A stretch of DNA of 46,145 nt, taken from contig CAZVOY010000001.1 in assembly GCA_964628865.1 (NCBI GenBank), positions 1-46,145 of the forward strand, in the 5' to 3' direction. This DNA is from an uncultured Lachnobacterium sp. GTDB lineage: Bacteria > Bacillota > Clostridia > Lachnospirales > Lachnospiraceae. The notes beneath the pieces were generated by a model, which was given only the letters and a program-made list of their open reading frames with translations, had not been told where the DNA came from and did not search any database. Positions 28,427 through 40,736 of this stretch are shown piece after piece; the first letter of the stretch is position 1; every line of letters begins with the position of its first letter. A program made the position numbers and the translations under genes.

Positions 28427-29776
28427 TCAGATCATTATCTTCATGATCATATCTGCTAATTTGTGTGCTTCTTCATCGATGACTTTCTGGTCTTTTCCTT
28501 CAATCATAACGCGAACCAATGGTTCAGTACCTGAAGGACGGATGAGCACGCGGCCTTCGCCAGCGAATTTTGCTTCTAATTCTTCGATTGCTTTTGCAAT
28601 GCGAGGATATTCCATATAGCTATATTTCTTATGGTTTGGCACTTTTGCATTTACAAGGGCCTGTGGAAGCACTTCCATAATGCCTGCCAATTCGGATAAT
28701 GGTTTCTTTGTTTCTACCATAACCTCTAATAAGTGAAGTGCACTTAAGAGACCATCACCTGTAGTGTTGTCATCAAGGAAAATGACATGTCCTGACTGTT
28801 CACCACCGATGTTGTATCCTTTTTCTACCATTTTTTCTAATACGTATCTGTCACCTACTTTTGTAGTTTCTAGTTTTACACCTAATTCTTTTGCTGCTAA
28901 AGTAAGACCGAGGTTACTCATTACTGTTACAACCAGTGTGTCTTTCTTTAACTGTTTTTTATCCAACATGTGCTTTGCACAGATGAGCATAATCTGGTCA
29001 CCATCTACCATATTTCCTTTTTCATCTACAGCAAGCATACGGTCTGCATCCCCATCAAACGCAATACCGATGGCAGCTTTTTCAGCAACCACACGTGCCT
29101 GTAATTCTTCCATATGTGTAGAACCACAGTTTGCGTTGATGTTTGTTCCATCTGGTTCTGTGTGAATTGCGATAAGGTCTGCTCCCAGGTCTGTAAGAGT
29201 CTTGACTGCTGTATAGTGGTTTGCGCCTTCTGCACAGTCGATAACTACTTTCATACCACTCAAGTCAACTGGTACACATTTCTTTTCGAATTCTACATAT
29301 TCATCTTTCATATCAAAACGATAATCAATTTTTCCAATTCCAGAACCGATAGGGAAATCGATATCTTCCATGTTGCTTTCGATGTGTGCCTGAATTTCAT
29401 CTTCTAATTCGTCGGAAAGCTTGTAGCCCTCTCCGTTGAAGAATTTGATTCCGTTAAATTCCATTGGGTTATGAGATGCAGAAATTACTACACCTGCGTC
29501 TACCTTGTGAAGTCTGGTTAAATATGCGACTGCTGGAGTAGGTACTACGCCTACATATACAGCATTGGCTCCTACTGAACAAACACCTGCCATAAGAGCG
29601 TTTGCTAGCATACCTCCCGAAATACGTGTATCGCAACCTACGATAATGGTTGGCTGATGTGATTTTTCTTTGGTCAGTACATATGCACCTGCCTGGCCGA
29701 GTTTCATCGCGAGTTCAATTGTAAGTTCTGTACCTGCTACACCACGTACACCATCTGTTCCAAATAATCTTGCCAT
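28427..29776 (-). CDS. glmM: Phosphoglucosamine mutase
   Basis: LFGTDGVRG, ISASHNP, FDGDADR, GGEQSGH and RPSGTEP motifs; cdaA-cdaR-glmM order. Confidence 0.97.
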   Translation of the reverse strand: MARLFGTDGVRGVAGTELTIELAMKLGQAGAYVLTKEKSHQPTIIVGCDTRISGGMLANALMAGVCSVGANAVYVGVVPTPAVAYLTRLHKVDAGVVISASHNPMEFNGIKFFNGEGYKLSDELEDEIQAHIESNMEDIDFPIGSGIGKIDYRFDMKDEYVEFEKKCVPVDLSGMKVVIDCAEGANHYTAVKTLTDLGADLIAIHTEPDGTNINANCGSTHMEELQARVVAEKAAIGIAFDGDADRMLAVDEKGNMVDGDQIMLICAKHMLDKKQLKKDTLVVTVMSNLGLTLAAKELGVKLETTKVGDRYVLEKMVEKGYNIGGEQSGHVIFLDDNTTGDGLLSALHLLEVMVETKKPLSELAGIMEVLPQALVNAKVPNHKKYSYMEYPRIAKAIEELEAKFAGEGRVLIRPSGTEPLVRVMIEGKDQKVIDEEAHKLADMIMKIMI

Positions 29777-29806
29777 GTTTTTGTCCTTCTTTCCTGAAAG
29801 TATCGT

Positions 29807-31120
29807 TTATTCTTCGCTATCTTCTTCATCTGTGATAGGATTATCTACCGGTATGTCATTCTGCTTAATAGTGATAGTTACTTTAACCGTGTCATATTTA
29901 TATTTTGTTTCATCCAAATCTAGGTCTACGACTACTTCGTGGGTACCTACACCTAAATTTGTAACATCGATACTACCTTTGATGTTTTCACTTGCAAGCT
30001 CATTGATATCAGCTTCAACACCTTCAATGTTTACAGCTACACTACTAAGCTCATATTCCAATGTGGCATTGGTCTGTAGTCCTATGACCTCAATATTTTC
30101 TGTACTTACACTAAAGGCTTTTCCTTTGATTTTCGATATGCTGACTCTGATGGTCACAGTTGCGTTTTCTGTATTTACCAACTCAGCTCCCGCTGGAATA
30201 TATTCCGAAATATCAATGGTAGCCGTTACATCTTGGTTTGCACCTGAGATATTTACCAATTCGCTTGGAATCTCTATCATACTAATGCTATTCAAGACGG
30301 TTTTATTTCCCTTTAACTGAATCGTCGTTGGGTTACTGGTGATGGATGTAACCGTATATCCAGCTTCTACCGTTCCTCTTGGCACAACAGCAATCGCTAC
30401 GTCTTTGGTATTCAAAATCTCAGCTTCTACATTCACTGTTGTATCACTAAAGGTAAGTCTGGTTGTATCAATTTCATTACCTTCGCTATCCAGCAAAACT
30501 GGTGTAGCACGGTAAGTAGTCCACGACTCTGACATATCTGTTACGTCAATTGGAGCAATAACAGAGGCAATCTGTTGTACGATAGATTTTGGTCCTGACA
30601 CCTTAAGTACATTTGGCGCTGTGACTTCCACTCCACCTAGCGCGTAGCCCGCAGCTACTTCGCCGTATGCGCTTGCTTTGACCACAAACTGCTTTGACAT
30701 CAGATCTTCCAGTGAAACCCTCATGGTTTTACTGGAAGAACTGATTTTCACTGCATTTTCACTGACATTTGCCGTACAAGTGATTTCAACCGGAACCGTT
30801 CCTACCATTCCTGTTTCATTTACTGTAAGCTGCTCCATATTTGCAGTTGCTATAAAGTCCGATTCATCCAATTTATCCAATACGCTTCGAGCTGCTGTAA
30901 CAGAGAAGGATATCTGATTCGTTCCATCCAGAACTTCAAAATATTTACCCTGATTTTCAATCGCGTCTTTGTTTGTTATACTTACGCTAACCGTCAGCGT
31001 TTTTGATTTGGTTGGGTCCTCTAAATTATATACCACAATCCAAAGCGTAAACGCAAAGAGCACTGCCAATATTTTAAACCCTAAGTTATTTGACAAGGTT
31101 TTCAGAATATTATTTTTCAT
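29807..31120 (-). CDS. cdaR: CdaA regulator CdaR (YbbR domains)
   Basis: N-terminal TM (KILAVLFAFTLWIVV), repeated beta-rich YbbR-like units, located between cdaA and glmM. Confidence 0.9.
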   Translation of the reverse strand: MKNNILKTLSNNLGFKILAVLFAFTLWIVVYNLEDPTKSKTLTVSVSITNKDAIENQGKYFEVLDGTNQISFSVTAARSVLDKLDESDFIATANMEQLTVNETGMVGTVPVEITCTANVSENAVKISSSSKTMRVSLEDLMSKQFVVKASAYGEVAAGYALGGVEVTAPNVLKVSGPKSIVQQIASVIAPIDVTDMSESWTTYRATPVLLDSEGNEIDTTRLTFSDTTVNVEAEILNTKDVAIAVVPRGTVEAGYTVTSITSNPTTIQLKGNKTVLNSISMIEIPSELVNISGANQDVTATIDISEYIPAGAELVNTENATVTIRVSISKIKGKAFSVSTENIEVIGLQTNATLEYELSSVAVNIEGVEADINELASENIKGSIDVTNLGVGTHEVVVDLDLDETKYKYDTVKVTITIKQNDIPVDNPITDEEDSEE

Positions 31121-31991
31121 TCTTAAACCTCCTCTTCAATAAAATCTTGCGTTTTGTTTCCTTGTTTCGATTTTGCATTTCTTTTAATTTTGCTCGTAAT
31201 CCATCCTGATCCAGATTGCGATAAATTCTACCGCCTACTGCTACGGATACATTACCAGTTTCTTCGGAAACGATAATGGTGAGCGAATCACTAACTTCAC
31301 TCACACCAATCGCTGCACGATGTCTGGTTCCCAAATCCTTACTTAAACTTGTGCTATCTGACAATGGCAAATAGCAGGTAGCAGATACTACGCGGTCACC
31401 TCGCATGATGATTGCTCCATCATGAAGTGGTGTATTTTTCTCAAAAATATTTATGAGCAACTGACTCGATACAAGAGCATCAACATCAATGCCTGTTCGA
31501 ATGTATTCGTTCAGTAAAATCTCGTCTTCTAATACGATTAACGCACCTGTTTTCACTTTTCCCATTGCGAAACATGCTTTTACCAGCTCGTCTAAAGTAC
31601 GGTCTGAAAACTTTTGTTTCTCTGGTTTGTTAAAATCAAGTATGCCACCTAGAATCTTGTTTTCACCTAAATTTTCCAAAGCTTTACGAAGTTCTGGCTG
31701 GAAAATGATTACCAGCGCTACCAATCCGACATTTAATGTATTTTCTGCAATCCAGAGAATTGTGCTCATCTGGAATATTGCTGCTATCAATACGAAAACT
31801 AAAATCACCATGATACCTTTAAACAGGTTCCATGCTCGTGTGGATTTGATCCACAACAGGATATAATAGAACAGGACAGAGATAATGAGAATCTCAATGA
31901 CATCTACCAATGTCATGGTTAAATTCGCCATGCTTAGTATATTTGCGATTTTGTCCTGAACCATTGCCAATGACTCTTTTACACTTTCCAT
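31110..31991 (-). CDS. cdaA: Diadenylate cyclase CdaA (DacA)
   Basis: Three TMs, IFQPELR, NTPLHDGA, LGTRHRAA and VSEETG motifs. Confidence 0.97.
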   Translation of the reverse strand: MESVKESLAMVQDKIANILSMANLTMTLVDVIEILIISVLFYYILLWIKSTRAWNLFKGIMVILVFVLIAAIFQMSTILWIAENTLNVGLVALVIIFQPELRKALENLGENKILGGILDFNKPEKQKFSDRTLDELVKACFAMGKVKTGALIVLEDEILLNEYIRTGIDVDALVSSQLLINIFEKNTPLHDGAIIMRGDRVVSATCYLPLSDSTSLSKDLGTRHRAAIGVSEVSDSLTIIVSEETGNVSVAVGGRIYRNLDQDGLRAKLKEMQNRNKETKRKILLKRRFKNEK

Positions 31992-32011
31992 TTTCTCTCT
32001 CCTTTCCTAGT

Positions 32012-33037
32012 CTAAACCCAAAAATCTTCATCGATATCTAAAGCTTCCGCAATATCCTTGCGGCTTACTTTCTGTTCCTGTGCTTTTCTCTTCTTTCCAA
32101 AGCTTGGGAATGATGAAAACTGTGTAATATTCTTTTCAGTAATCGTTACATTTTTCTTTGGTACCGCTTTTACAAAGTAAACATACTCGTCATCTTCAAA
32201 CTGTACGCGTTCTGTTCTGGTATAATCCAAATCTTGAAAAACAAATTCCAGCACTATCGCAAGCACTCCACATACGACACTTCCTAAAATCATTCCAAGT
32301 GTTTTTCCCGAGATGTCTAACACAAAATATCCTGTTAAAAGTCCAGCTACCTGCACTAAAATACCAGCACCTGCTGCTACCTTCCATGCATGGTCAATCG
32401 CCATATTACTCACTATTCGCACTACAATGCATGCCACAATAAATATGCCAATTACCAGAAACATTTCTTTGTTTGTCAGAAGCTGACCTACTGTAATGGT
32501 CATCTTCGCCGTCTCTACTTCAGCACCTGCTACGGTTGATTGAAGAGACTGTACATTTTCATAAATACCATGCAAGAAATAGTACACGATAGTACCACAT
32601 ACCACTGCAGTTACGGAGTAGGTCTTTCTGAGAAGTGCCGCTCCAATTGGAAGGATATAGGGAATCCCCATTGCGTGGAAAATAGGTGTAATGGCTACCA
32701 ATGTTCCATCCTGTGGCGAAAAGCGGAAGTACAACAATGCAATAATTACGAAGAGTAGCAATGCTGTAATCGCAACTTCAAAAGACAGTACATAAAGGTG
32801 AAGCAGAATCAACACCGCTGCCACCAGCAATGTCACTCCCTGTGGAAACAGACAGCAAACCGCCGCTAGAATAAAGGCAACTGGGTAAGAATTCAACTTC
32901 TCCATAAAGCCTACTGTTCCATTGATCAAACAAAACAGAATCAACGCAACGATAAATCTATATGCATATTTCAAATAAGTTTCATACTCAGCACAAAATT
33001 TAATTACTCGGTCTTTTATCTCATATAACTTCGTCAT
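32012..33037 (-). CDS. Hypothetical polytopic membrane protein
   Basis: Multiple TMs, C-terminal LDYTRTERVQFEDDEY.Y.VKAVPK, GGAGG RBS. Confidence 0.75.
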   Translation of the reverse strand: MTKLYEIKDRVIKFCAEYETYLKYAYRFIVALILFCLINGTVGFMEKLNSYPVAFILAAVCCLFPQGVTLLVAAVLILLHLYVLSFEVAITALLLFVIIALLYFRFSPQDGTLVAITPIFHAMGIPYILPIGAALLRKTYSVTAVVCGTIVYYFLHGIYENVQSLQSTVAGAEVETAKMTITVGQLLTNKEMFLVIGIFIVACIVVRIVSNMAIDHAWKVAAGAGILVQVAGLLTGYFVLDISGKTLGMILGSVVCGVLAIVLEFVFQDLDYTRTERVQFEDDEYVYFVKAVPKKNVTITEKNITQFSSFPSFGKKRKAQEQKVSRKDIAEALDIDEDFWV

Positions 33038-33045
33038 GGTGCCTC

Positions 33046-33450
33046 CTATAACTTTAATTTCTCTTCTCTTTCATACATTTGATTCAGGGTTTTTAAATCT
33101 TTTTTGTATCCTTCTAATTTCTTTCTGCCGTCTTTATAACGTTTACTGTAAATTACATATGTTGAAAACAAATATACCATCATGTACACAATATAAATCA
33201 CAATCATGACCGCTACGGTATTTGCAATTTTGGCATTTGTCAAACCTTCCAGAAATTTGCTCCAATCACTCATAATCCAAAGTGCCGCCATGAATACATA
33301 TGCAATCGTTCCACTAAATATACTTGTGATTAATTCTTTCCCAATATAGTCTTCACGATAGTATTTTCCTGTATGGCGATAGCGCTTTTCTTCGGTCTGT
33401 TCGTACATAGCAATCTTGTATGCTTGCTTTACGCGTTCCTCATTTATCAT
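33046..33450 (-). CDS. Hypothetical two-TM membrane protein
   Basis: AGGAGG RBS before MINEERVK; two hydrophobic helices. Confidence 0.75.
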   Translation of the reverse strand: MINEERVKQAYKIAMYEQTEEKRYRHTGKYYREDYIGKELITSIFSGTIAYVFMAALWIMSDWSKFLEGLTNAKIANTVAVMIVIYIVYMMVYLFSTYVIYSKRYKDGRKKLEGYKKDLKTLNQMYEREEKLKL

Positions 33451-33494
33451 AATGTCCTCCTTAAAAATGGACGCAATAACACACATTATTTTGT

Positions 33495-33523
33495 ATTATA
33501 CCACATTAGCACACAAAATACAA
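33495..33523 (-). promoter_or_regulatory. Sigma-A promoter with extended -10
   Basis: The minus strand reads TTGTAT-N17-TATAAT with a TGnTATAAT extension, between a terminator and the RBS of 33450. Confidence 0.75.
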
Positions 33524-33558
33524 AGAAAAATGGCTTGCCACACGATGATTTTGGCAAC

Positions 33559-33588
33559 AAAAAAGAGCTGTTTTAAAACAGCTCTTTT
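33559..33588 (-). terminator. Rho-independent terminator (perfect 28-bp palindrome, possibly bidirectional)
   Basis: AAAAGAGCTGTTTT AAAACAGCTCTTTT at 33561-33588, just after the yvyF-like stop. Confidence 0.85.
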
Positions 33589-33596
33589 GGGATATT

Positions 33597-34001
33597 TTAT
33601 AAATTCTGTAAGAAACGCATACGATCGCGTTCGCGTTCTTTTTTCTTTGGTTCTTCCTTTGGTGTATAAATTGCACTAGCAAGGTTGTTCTGGATTTTTA
33701 CTCTACATGAATCACAGTATCTACCTGTACGGATCATTGTGCCACACTGTTCACATTCAATACCTTCTACTGAATCCTCAGAGAATGTGAGTCTTTCTTC
33801 ACGAACCCACTGTTTAATCTGTTTTACAGTTACATCACAATCTTTTGATATCATGTCCATGTTTGCCATTGGATTCTCTTTTAAATATTCTTTTACTTCC
33901 TGGAATTTTTCCTCTAACTGCTGCTGACAGTTTGGACAAATTTTTGCATCTGAGATTACATTAAATAATCTTCCACATGATTTACAATTCGTTACGTTCA
34001 C
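33597..34001 (-). CDS. YvyF-like flagellar operon protein (zinc ribbons)
   Basis: NCKSCGRLF..ICPNC, VKEYL, WVREERL and CEQCG..IRTGRYC motifs. GTG start after AGGAGG; it follows comF. Confidence 0.85.
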   Translation of the reverse strand: MNVTNCKSCGRLFNVISDAKICPNCQQQLEEKFQEVKEYLKENPMANMDMISKDCDVTVKQIKQWVREERLTFSEDSVEGIECEQCGTMIRTGRYCDSCRVKIQNNLASAIYTPKEEPKKKERERDRMRFLQNL

Positions 34002-34011
34002 TGCGTACCTC

Positions 34012-36328
<2,317 letters not shown>

Positions 36329-36351
36329 TTATCAGTACTTATTTTTGTTTA

Positions 36352-37644
36352 TTATATCACTTTGTAGAACAATTTATCAATTATTGTATGTCCTTCTGCT
36401 ATATAATTTCCTGAAGCCTCCGCTTCTTTTTCTGTATAATTCCATGCATGATTCTGCTCACTTGTAGAATCAAATAAAATGTATGGAACAGGTTCAGATG
36501 AATGTGTTCGAATACATATAGGTGTAGGATGATCTGGTAAAATTAACATACGGAAATCTTCTCCTGTTGCATTTAATCCGTCTACAATTGGTTTTACAAT
36601 TCGTTCATCCAACCATTCAATTGCCTGCACCTTTCTTTCGACACTTCCCTGGTGTCCCATTTCATCTGGACCTTCAAGGTGAACATAAACAAAATCACAA
36701 GCATCTGCACCTAGGAGTGCCTCAAGAGCAGCCTGTGCCTTACCTTCATAATTCGTATGAAGACCGCCATTCGCGCCTTCCACATCTATTACTTCCATAG
36801 ATGCTCCTACAGCAATTCCTTTTAACAAGTCAACTGCTGAAATCATTGCACCTTTTTTCCCTGTTTTTTCTTGGAAAGAAGTAAGTACTGGTTTTGTACC
36901 AGCACCCCAGAACCAACATGAGTTTGCTGGATGTAATCCTTTTGCTTTTCTTTCAAGATTAATTGGATGGTTTACGAGAATGTCATAGCTTTTCTTCATC
37001 ATGTCATAAAGGATTTGATATCCTGTTTGAGGAGCACTTCCTTCTTGTTGTTTCAAACCAAAGTTTACAGGCACATACTCCTCAATACACTGACCCAAAA
37101 TATCATGTGGCTGGGCTAGTTCTACCACTTTTCCATTATCCCAAATCAAGCAGTGTCGATAGCTCGTTCCTACATAAAAAGAGAAATCTTTTTCAGCATT
37201 TGAAACTCCATCCCACACGGACATTTCCTTAGCTAAGCCTTTCATTACCGCATCCAATAAAACCGCTGCATCTTCTGTACTGATTTCATCTGAACTATGG
37301 TCTATCATATGACGCTTTTCATATGTATCTTCTTCCTCGGAAAGTGTAACCAAATTGCAACGTAAAGCTACATCTGTTTCTTTCATTGGTACACCTATAC
37401 TTAGGGCTTCTAATGGAGAACGTCCTGAATAGTATTTCTTTGGATCATATCCCAGTACAGATAAATTTGCAGTATCGCTGCCTGGTTTCATTCCTTCGGG
37501 AATGGTGTGAACCAAACCAAGTTCTCCTTTATGAGCAAGTTCATCCATCATCGGTGTCTTTGCATATTCTAATGGTGTTTTATTTTCTAATTCAGTAATA
37601 GGGCGATCTGCCATTCCATCGCCTAAAATTATAATATATTTCAT
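36352..37644 (-). CDS. apgM: ApgM-family cofactor-independent phosphoglycerate mutase (threonine-cluster associated)
   Basis: GDGMAD, PGSDTAN, GRSPLEA, DEMGHQG and PDHPTP...TH motifs. Start set after AAGGAGG. Confidence 0.88.
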   Translation of the reverse strand: MKYIIILGDGMADRPITELENKTPLEYAKTPMMDELAHKGELGLVHTIPEGMKPGSDTANLSVLGYDPKKYYSGRSPLEALSIGVPMKETDVALRCNLVTLSEEEDTYEKRHMIDHSSDEISTEDAAVLLDAVMKGLAKEMSVWDGVSNAEKDFSFYVGTSYRHCLIWDNGKVVELAQPHDILGQCIEEYVPVNFGLKQQEGSAPQTGYQILYDMMKKSYDILVNHPINLERKAKGLHPANSCWFWGAGTKPVLTSFQEKTGKKGAMISAVDLLKGIAVGASMEVIDVEGANGGLHTNYEGKAQAALEALLGADACDFVYVHLEGPDEMGHQGSVERKVQAIEWLDERIVKPIVDGLNATGEDFRMLILPDHPTPICIRTHSSEPVPYILFDSTSEQNHAWNYTEKEAEASGNYIAEGHTIIDKLFYKVI

Positions 37645-37734
37645 CTCTGTCCTCCTTCTGAACAATTTACCCATTTTTTTATTATATTCACATATATTAA
37701 TACGTTTCACTAGCTATTTTGGGTATATCGGAAG

Positions 37735-37789
37735 AAAAAAACACACGCGCGACTATAGTCTTCAGCCAGCGAAAACCATACCCGCGCGT
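37735..37789 (-). terminator. Long hairpin with U-tract after hom
   Basis: Minus strand ACGCGCGGGTATGGTTTTC-gctggct-GAAGACTATAGTCGCGCGT-gtgTTTTTTT: a 19-bp stem with one mismatch and three G-U pairs. Confidence 0.7.
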
Positions 37790-37800
37790 CATTTTAATAA

Positions 37801-38997
37801 TTACCCAAGTCTAATTCTGTTTACTACCTGAATCTGAGCTACTTTTTCTGCAAATGCAGCTTCTTTCATAGAGTCTGTTGTAAAAGCAATTTCGCCCGCT
37901 ACAACATTCGCATCCACGTAATATACTTGTCCAAACACTTTTTCTACAATTGCTTTGTCTGAAGTAGTTCTAACGAAGAAACGATTCTCACTTTCTTTAT
38001 AGTCGATGAGGTTCATTTTTTCTGATTTCCATTCAATGGCAACATTTACGTTGTGGTGTTTTACCACGTCAACAATATCTGCCACTACAGCGCTGGCTGT
38101 AGGAAGTTTGCCTGCACCACTACCATAAAACATTGCATCACCAAGCATATTACCATGTACGAATACCGCATTGAATACGCCGTTTACACCACAAAGTGCG
38201 TGGCTCTTTGGCAACAGGAATGGTGCTACCATACAGCTATAGCTGTCGCCTACCTGTTTGCTGGAAGCCAGAAGTTTGATAGAGCAGTCCATTTGACTAG
38301 CATATGCGAAATCTTCTGTGGTGATTTTTGTGATACCTTCTGTGTAGATATCCTGATAATCCACCTGCTGTCCACAAATCAAAGAGGTAAGAATTGCAAT
38401 TTTACGACATGGATCAAATCCTTCAATATCTGCAGTAGGATCTGCTTCCGCATAACCTTTTGCCTGTGCATCTTTTAATACTTCTTCGAAGCTAACGCCT
38501 TCATTTGCCATCTTTGTCAGCATATAGTTTGTTGTTCCATTTAAGATACCTTTGATTTCTTCAATCACATCTGCTGTGAGACAGGTGTTTAATGGACGGA
38601 TAATAGGAATTCCCCCACCTACACTTGCGCCGAACATAAAGTTAATGTTCTTTTCTTTTGCGATAGCAATCAGCTCAGCACCTTTTTCTGCTACAAGATT
38701 TTTATTTGAAGTAGCGACCTGTTTTCCTGCTAAAAGCATTTCTTTTACAAATGTATAGGCAGGTTCAACACCGCCCATAGCTTCTACTACTACACCTACT
38801 TCTGGATCATTTACAATAACCTTGTAGTCTTTGATTATTTTGTCTTCATTTGGATCCCCTGGAAAATCTCTGAGGTCCAAAATGTATTTTACTTCTATTG
38901 GTTCACCAGCACGTTCCGTAAGCTGTTTTTTGTTTACCTCTAACACTTCTGCTACACCAGATCCGATTGTGCCGTATCCCATAATTGCAATCTTCAT
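37801..38997 (-). CDS. hom: Homoserine dehydrogenase
   Basis: GYGTIGSG, ASVGGGIPII, GILNGTTNY, GYAEADP and GAGKLPTASAV motifs. Confidence 0.96.
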   Translation of the reverse strand: MKIAIMGYGTIGSGVAEVLEVNKKQLTERAGEPIEVKYILDLRDFPGDPNEDKIIKDYKVIVNDPEVGVVVEAMGGVEPAYTFVKEMLLAGKQVATSNKNLVAEKGAELIAIAKEKNINFMFGASVGGGIPIIRPLNTCLTADVIEEIKGILNGTTNYMLTKMANEGVSFEEVLKDAQAKGYAEADPTADIEGFDPCRKIAILTSLICGQQVDYQDIYTEGITKITTEDFAYASQMDCSIKLLASSKQVGDSYSCMVAPFLLPKSHALCGVNGVFNAVFVHGNMLGDAMFYGSGAGKLPTASAVVADIVDVVKHHNVNVAIEWKSEKMNLIDYKESENRFFVRTTSDKAIVEKVFGQVYYVDANVVAGEIAFTTDSMKEAAFAEKVAQIQVVNRIRLG

Positions 38998-39002
38998 GTT
39001 TC

Positions 39003-39446
39003 TTACTCCCTAGCTATAATTTTCACGTAATGTACACCTTCGACATCTTCTATTTTACTTACCATTTCGTCTACTTTGTCCGCAGCCTGAAATACATCAA
39101 TACTCAAAGTCAAAGTAGCAATCCCATTAATCGGTACAGATTGATGAATGGTCAGAATATTGCTTTTGAATTCGTCGATAGCACGTAAAATATTGGACAA
39201 AAGTCCTGGCTCATCATCCAATTGAATAACAAGCGTAATGGTCTTTCCTTTTTCATTTTCATGAAATGGAAAAATATCATCTTTATATTTGTAAAAGGAA
39301 CTACGACTAATACCTACAGCTTCTGTAGCATCCTGTACAGATTCTACTTTGCCTGCCTCGACCAATCGTTTTGCTTCCATTACTTTTAACAATACTTCTG
39401 GTACTGCTTTTTCTTTCAGTACGTAGTAATTTGTTTTCTCTGTCAT
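39003..39446 (-). CDS. ACT-domain transcriptional regulator (ThrR/PheB family)
   Basis: HTH with ISRSSFYKYKD followed by an ACT domain (D.PGLLS, NILTIHQSVP); directly upstream of hom. Confidence 0.9.
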   Translation of the reverse strand: MTEKTNYYVLKEKAVPEVLLKVMEAKRLVEAGKVESVQDATEAVGISRSSFYKYKDDIFPFHENEKGKTITLVIQLDDEPGLLSNILRAIDEFKSNILTIHQSVPINGIATLTLSIDVFQAADKVDEMVSKIEDVEGVHYVKIIARE

Positions 39447-39474
39447 CTTTTGTTGTGCTCCTAATAATATAGTT

Positions 39475-40683
39475 CTATGCACGTGGTTTCCCACATTCTG
39501 GACAGAATTTTCCTGTATTTACATGACCACATTCGCAAGTCCATTCTGCCTGTGGAGCAGGTTTTCCACACTCTGAACAGAATTTTCCAGAATTACTCTG
39601 TCCACATTCGCAGGTCCATGCATTTGTTGGCTGTGCGCCATCTGCTACAGCGCCCGCAACTACTCCTGCTGCATTCTGTACATTTGGCTGCTGCATCTGC
39701 ATCTGAGAAAGATTTGTCTGAGACATCTGTCCTGTCATTCCACTACCCATCTGCATGCCCATTCCCATGCCCATAAAACCTTGCATTGCACCTGCAGAAT
39801 TTGAACCAGCTGCTTCCATACCACGAGCCACATGACCCTGCATGTATCCTTCGCGAATTGTAGGATCTGAAAGCATTGCACCTTCGTTGCGCATATTGAT
39901 GAGCTTCTGTGATTCTTCATCGTAGGAAATGCTAGCGATACCTACCGCCTGAATTTCCATACCACGCATCTGATTCCAATCAGCATCCAATACATTTGCC
40001 ATGTATTTTCCAAGCTCGAGAGCTTTGCTGCTTACATGTGAAATACGTGTGCCATCTGCAGACATCTGGTTGATAGATGTCTGGAGTGCCTGTAGAAACT
40101 CAGAAATATACTGTTCGTTGATTTCTGTAATTTCAACGTGGTCTTTATTTCTTGGAATTGCTTCTGCGTAAAACAGTAATGGATTTACAATCTTGATGGA
40201 GTATGTACCATGTGCACGAATAAACAATTCTGCATTATAGAAATTATCAAAGTAATTAATTGGATTACGAGTACCAAATTTGATACCTTTGATTTCCTGA
40301 AGGTTGATATAGTAAACCTTCTGTTCTCTAGGTGTTTCGCCACCGAAACGAATACGGTCAAATGCTTCTTTCAATGTGTCACCGAATTCACCGTTGAAAA
40401 GAGATGGTACAGAAGAATTATCTACCTTGTAGTAACCTGGTTCTGCAGTATAATCTACTACTTTACCGCCATCTACCAATAACATAAACTGATTATCATA
40501 TACACGAATAATGGAACCATTTGATACCGCATCATCAGTACCTTTCGTGTTCTGTCCATTACGAACTTTAATACCACGGCAATATACGGTCTGGTCGCCC
40601 ATATTATCTGGTTCAATTACTTCCAACCACTGATCTGCTAATCCGCCTGTAACAGCTTGTCCAATTGCTTTAATAATTCCCAT
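39475..40683 (-). CDS. SPFH/band-7 domain protein with a C-terminal double zinc ribbon (YdjI-like)
   Basis: SNGS.I.V, EPG.Y and KFGT..P motifs, an M/G/Q-rich linker and two WTCECG...GKFC.ECG repeats. Confidence 0.85.
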   Translation of the reverse strand: MGIIKAIGQAVTGGLADQWLEVIEPDNMGDQTVYCRGIKVRNGQNTKGTDDAVSNGSIIRVYDNQFMLLVDGGKVVDYTAEPGYYKVDNSSVPSLFNGEFGDTLKEAFDRIRFGGETPREQKVYYINLQEIKGIKFGTRNPINYFDNFYNAELFIRAHGTYSIKIVNPLLFYAEAIPRNKDHVEITEINEQYISEFLQALQTSINQMSADGTRISHVSSKALELGKYMANVLDADWNQMRGMEIQAVGIASISYDEESQKLINMRNEGAMLSDPTIREGYMQGHVARGMEAAGSNSAGAMQGFMGMGMGMQMGSGMTGQMSQTNLSQMQMQQPNVQNAAGVVAGAVADGAQPTNAWTCECGQSNSGKFCSECGKPAPQAEWTCECGHVNTGKFCPECGKPRA

Positions 40684-40736
40684 GTCTTTTTCCTCCCGAA
40701 TTTTTTGTATAAATAAACTTTTCCTATCAAACGTTG

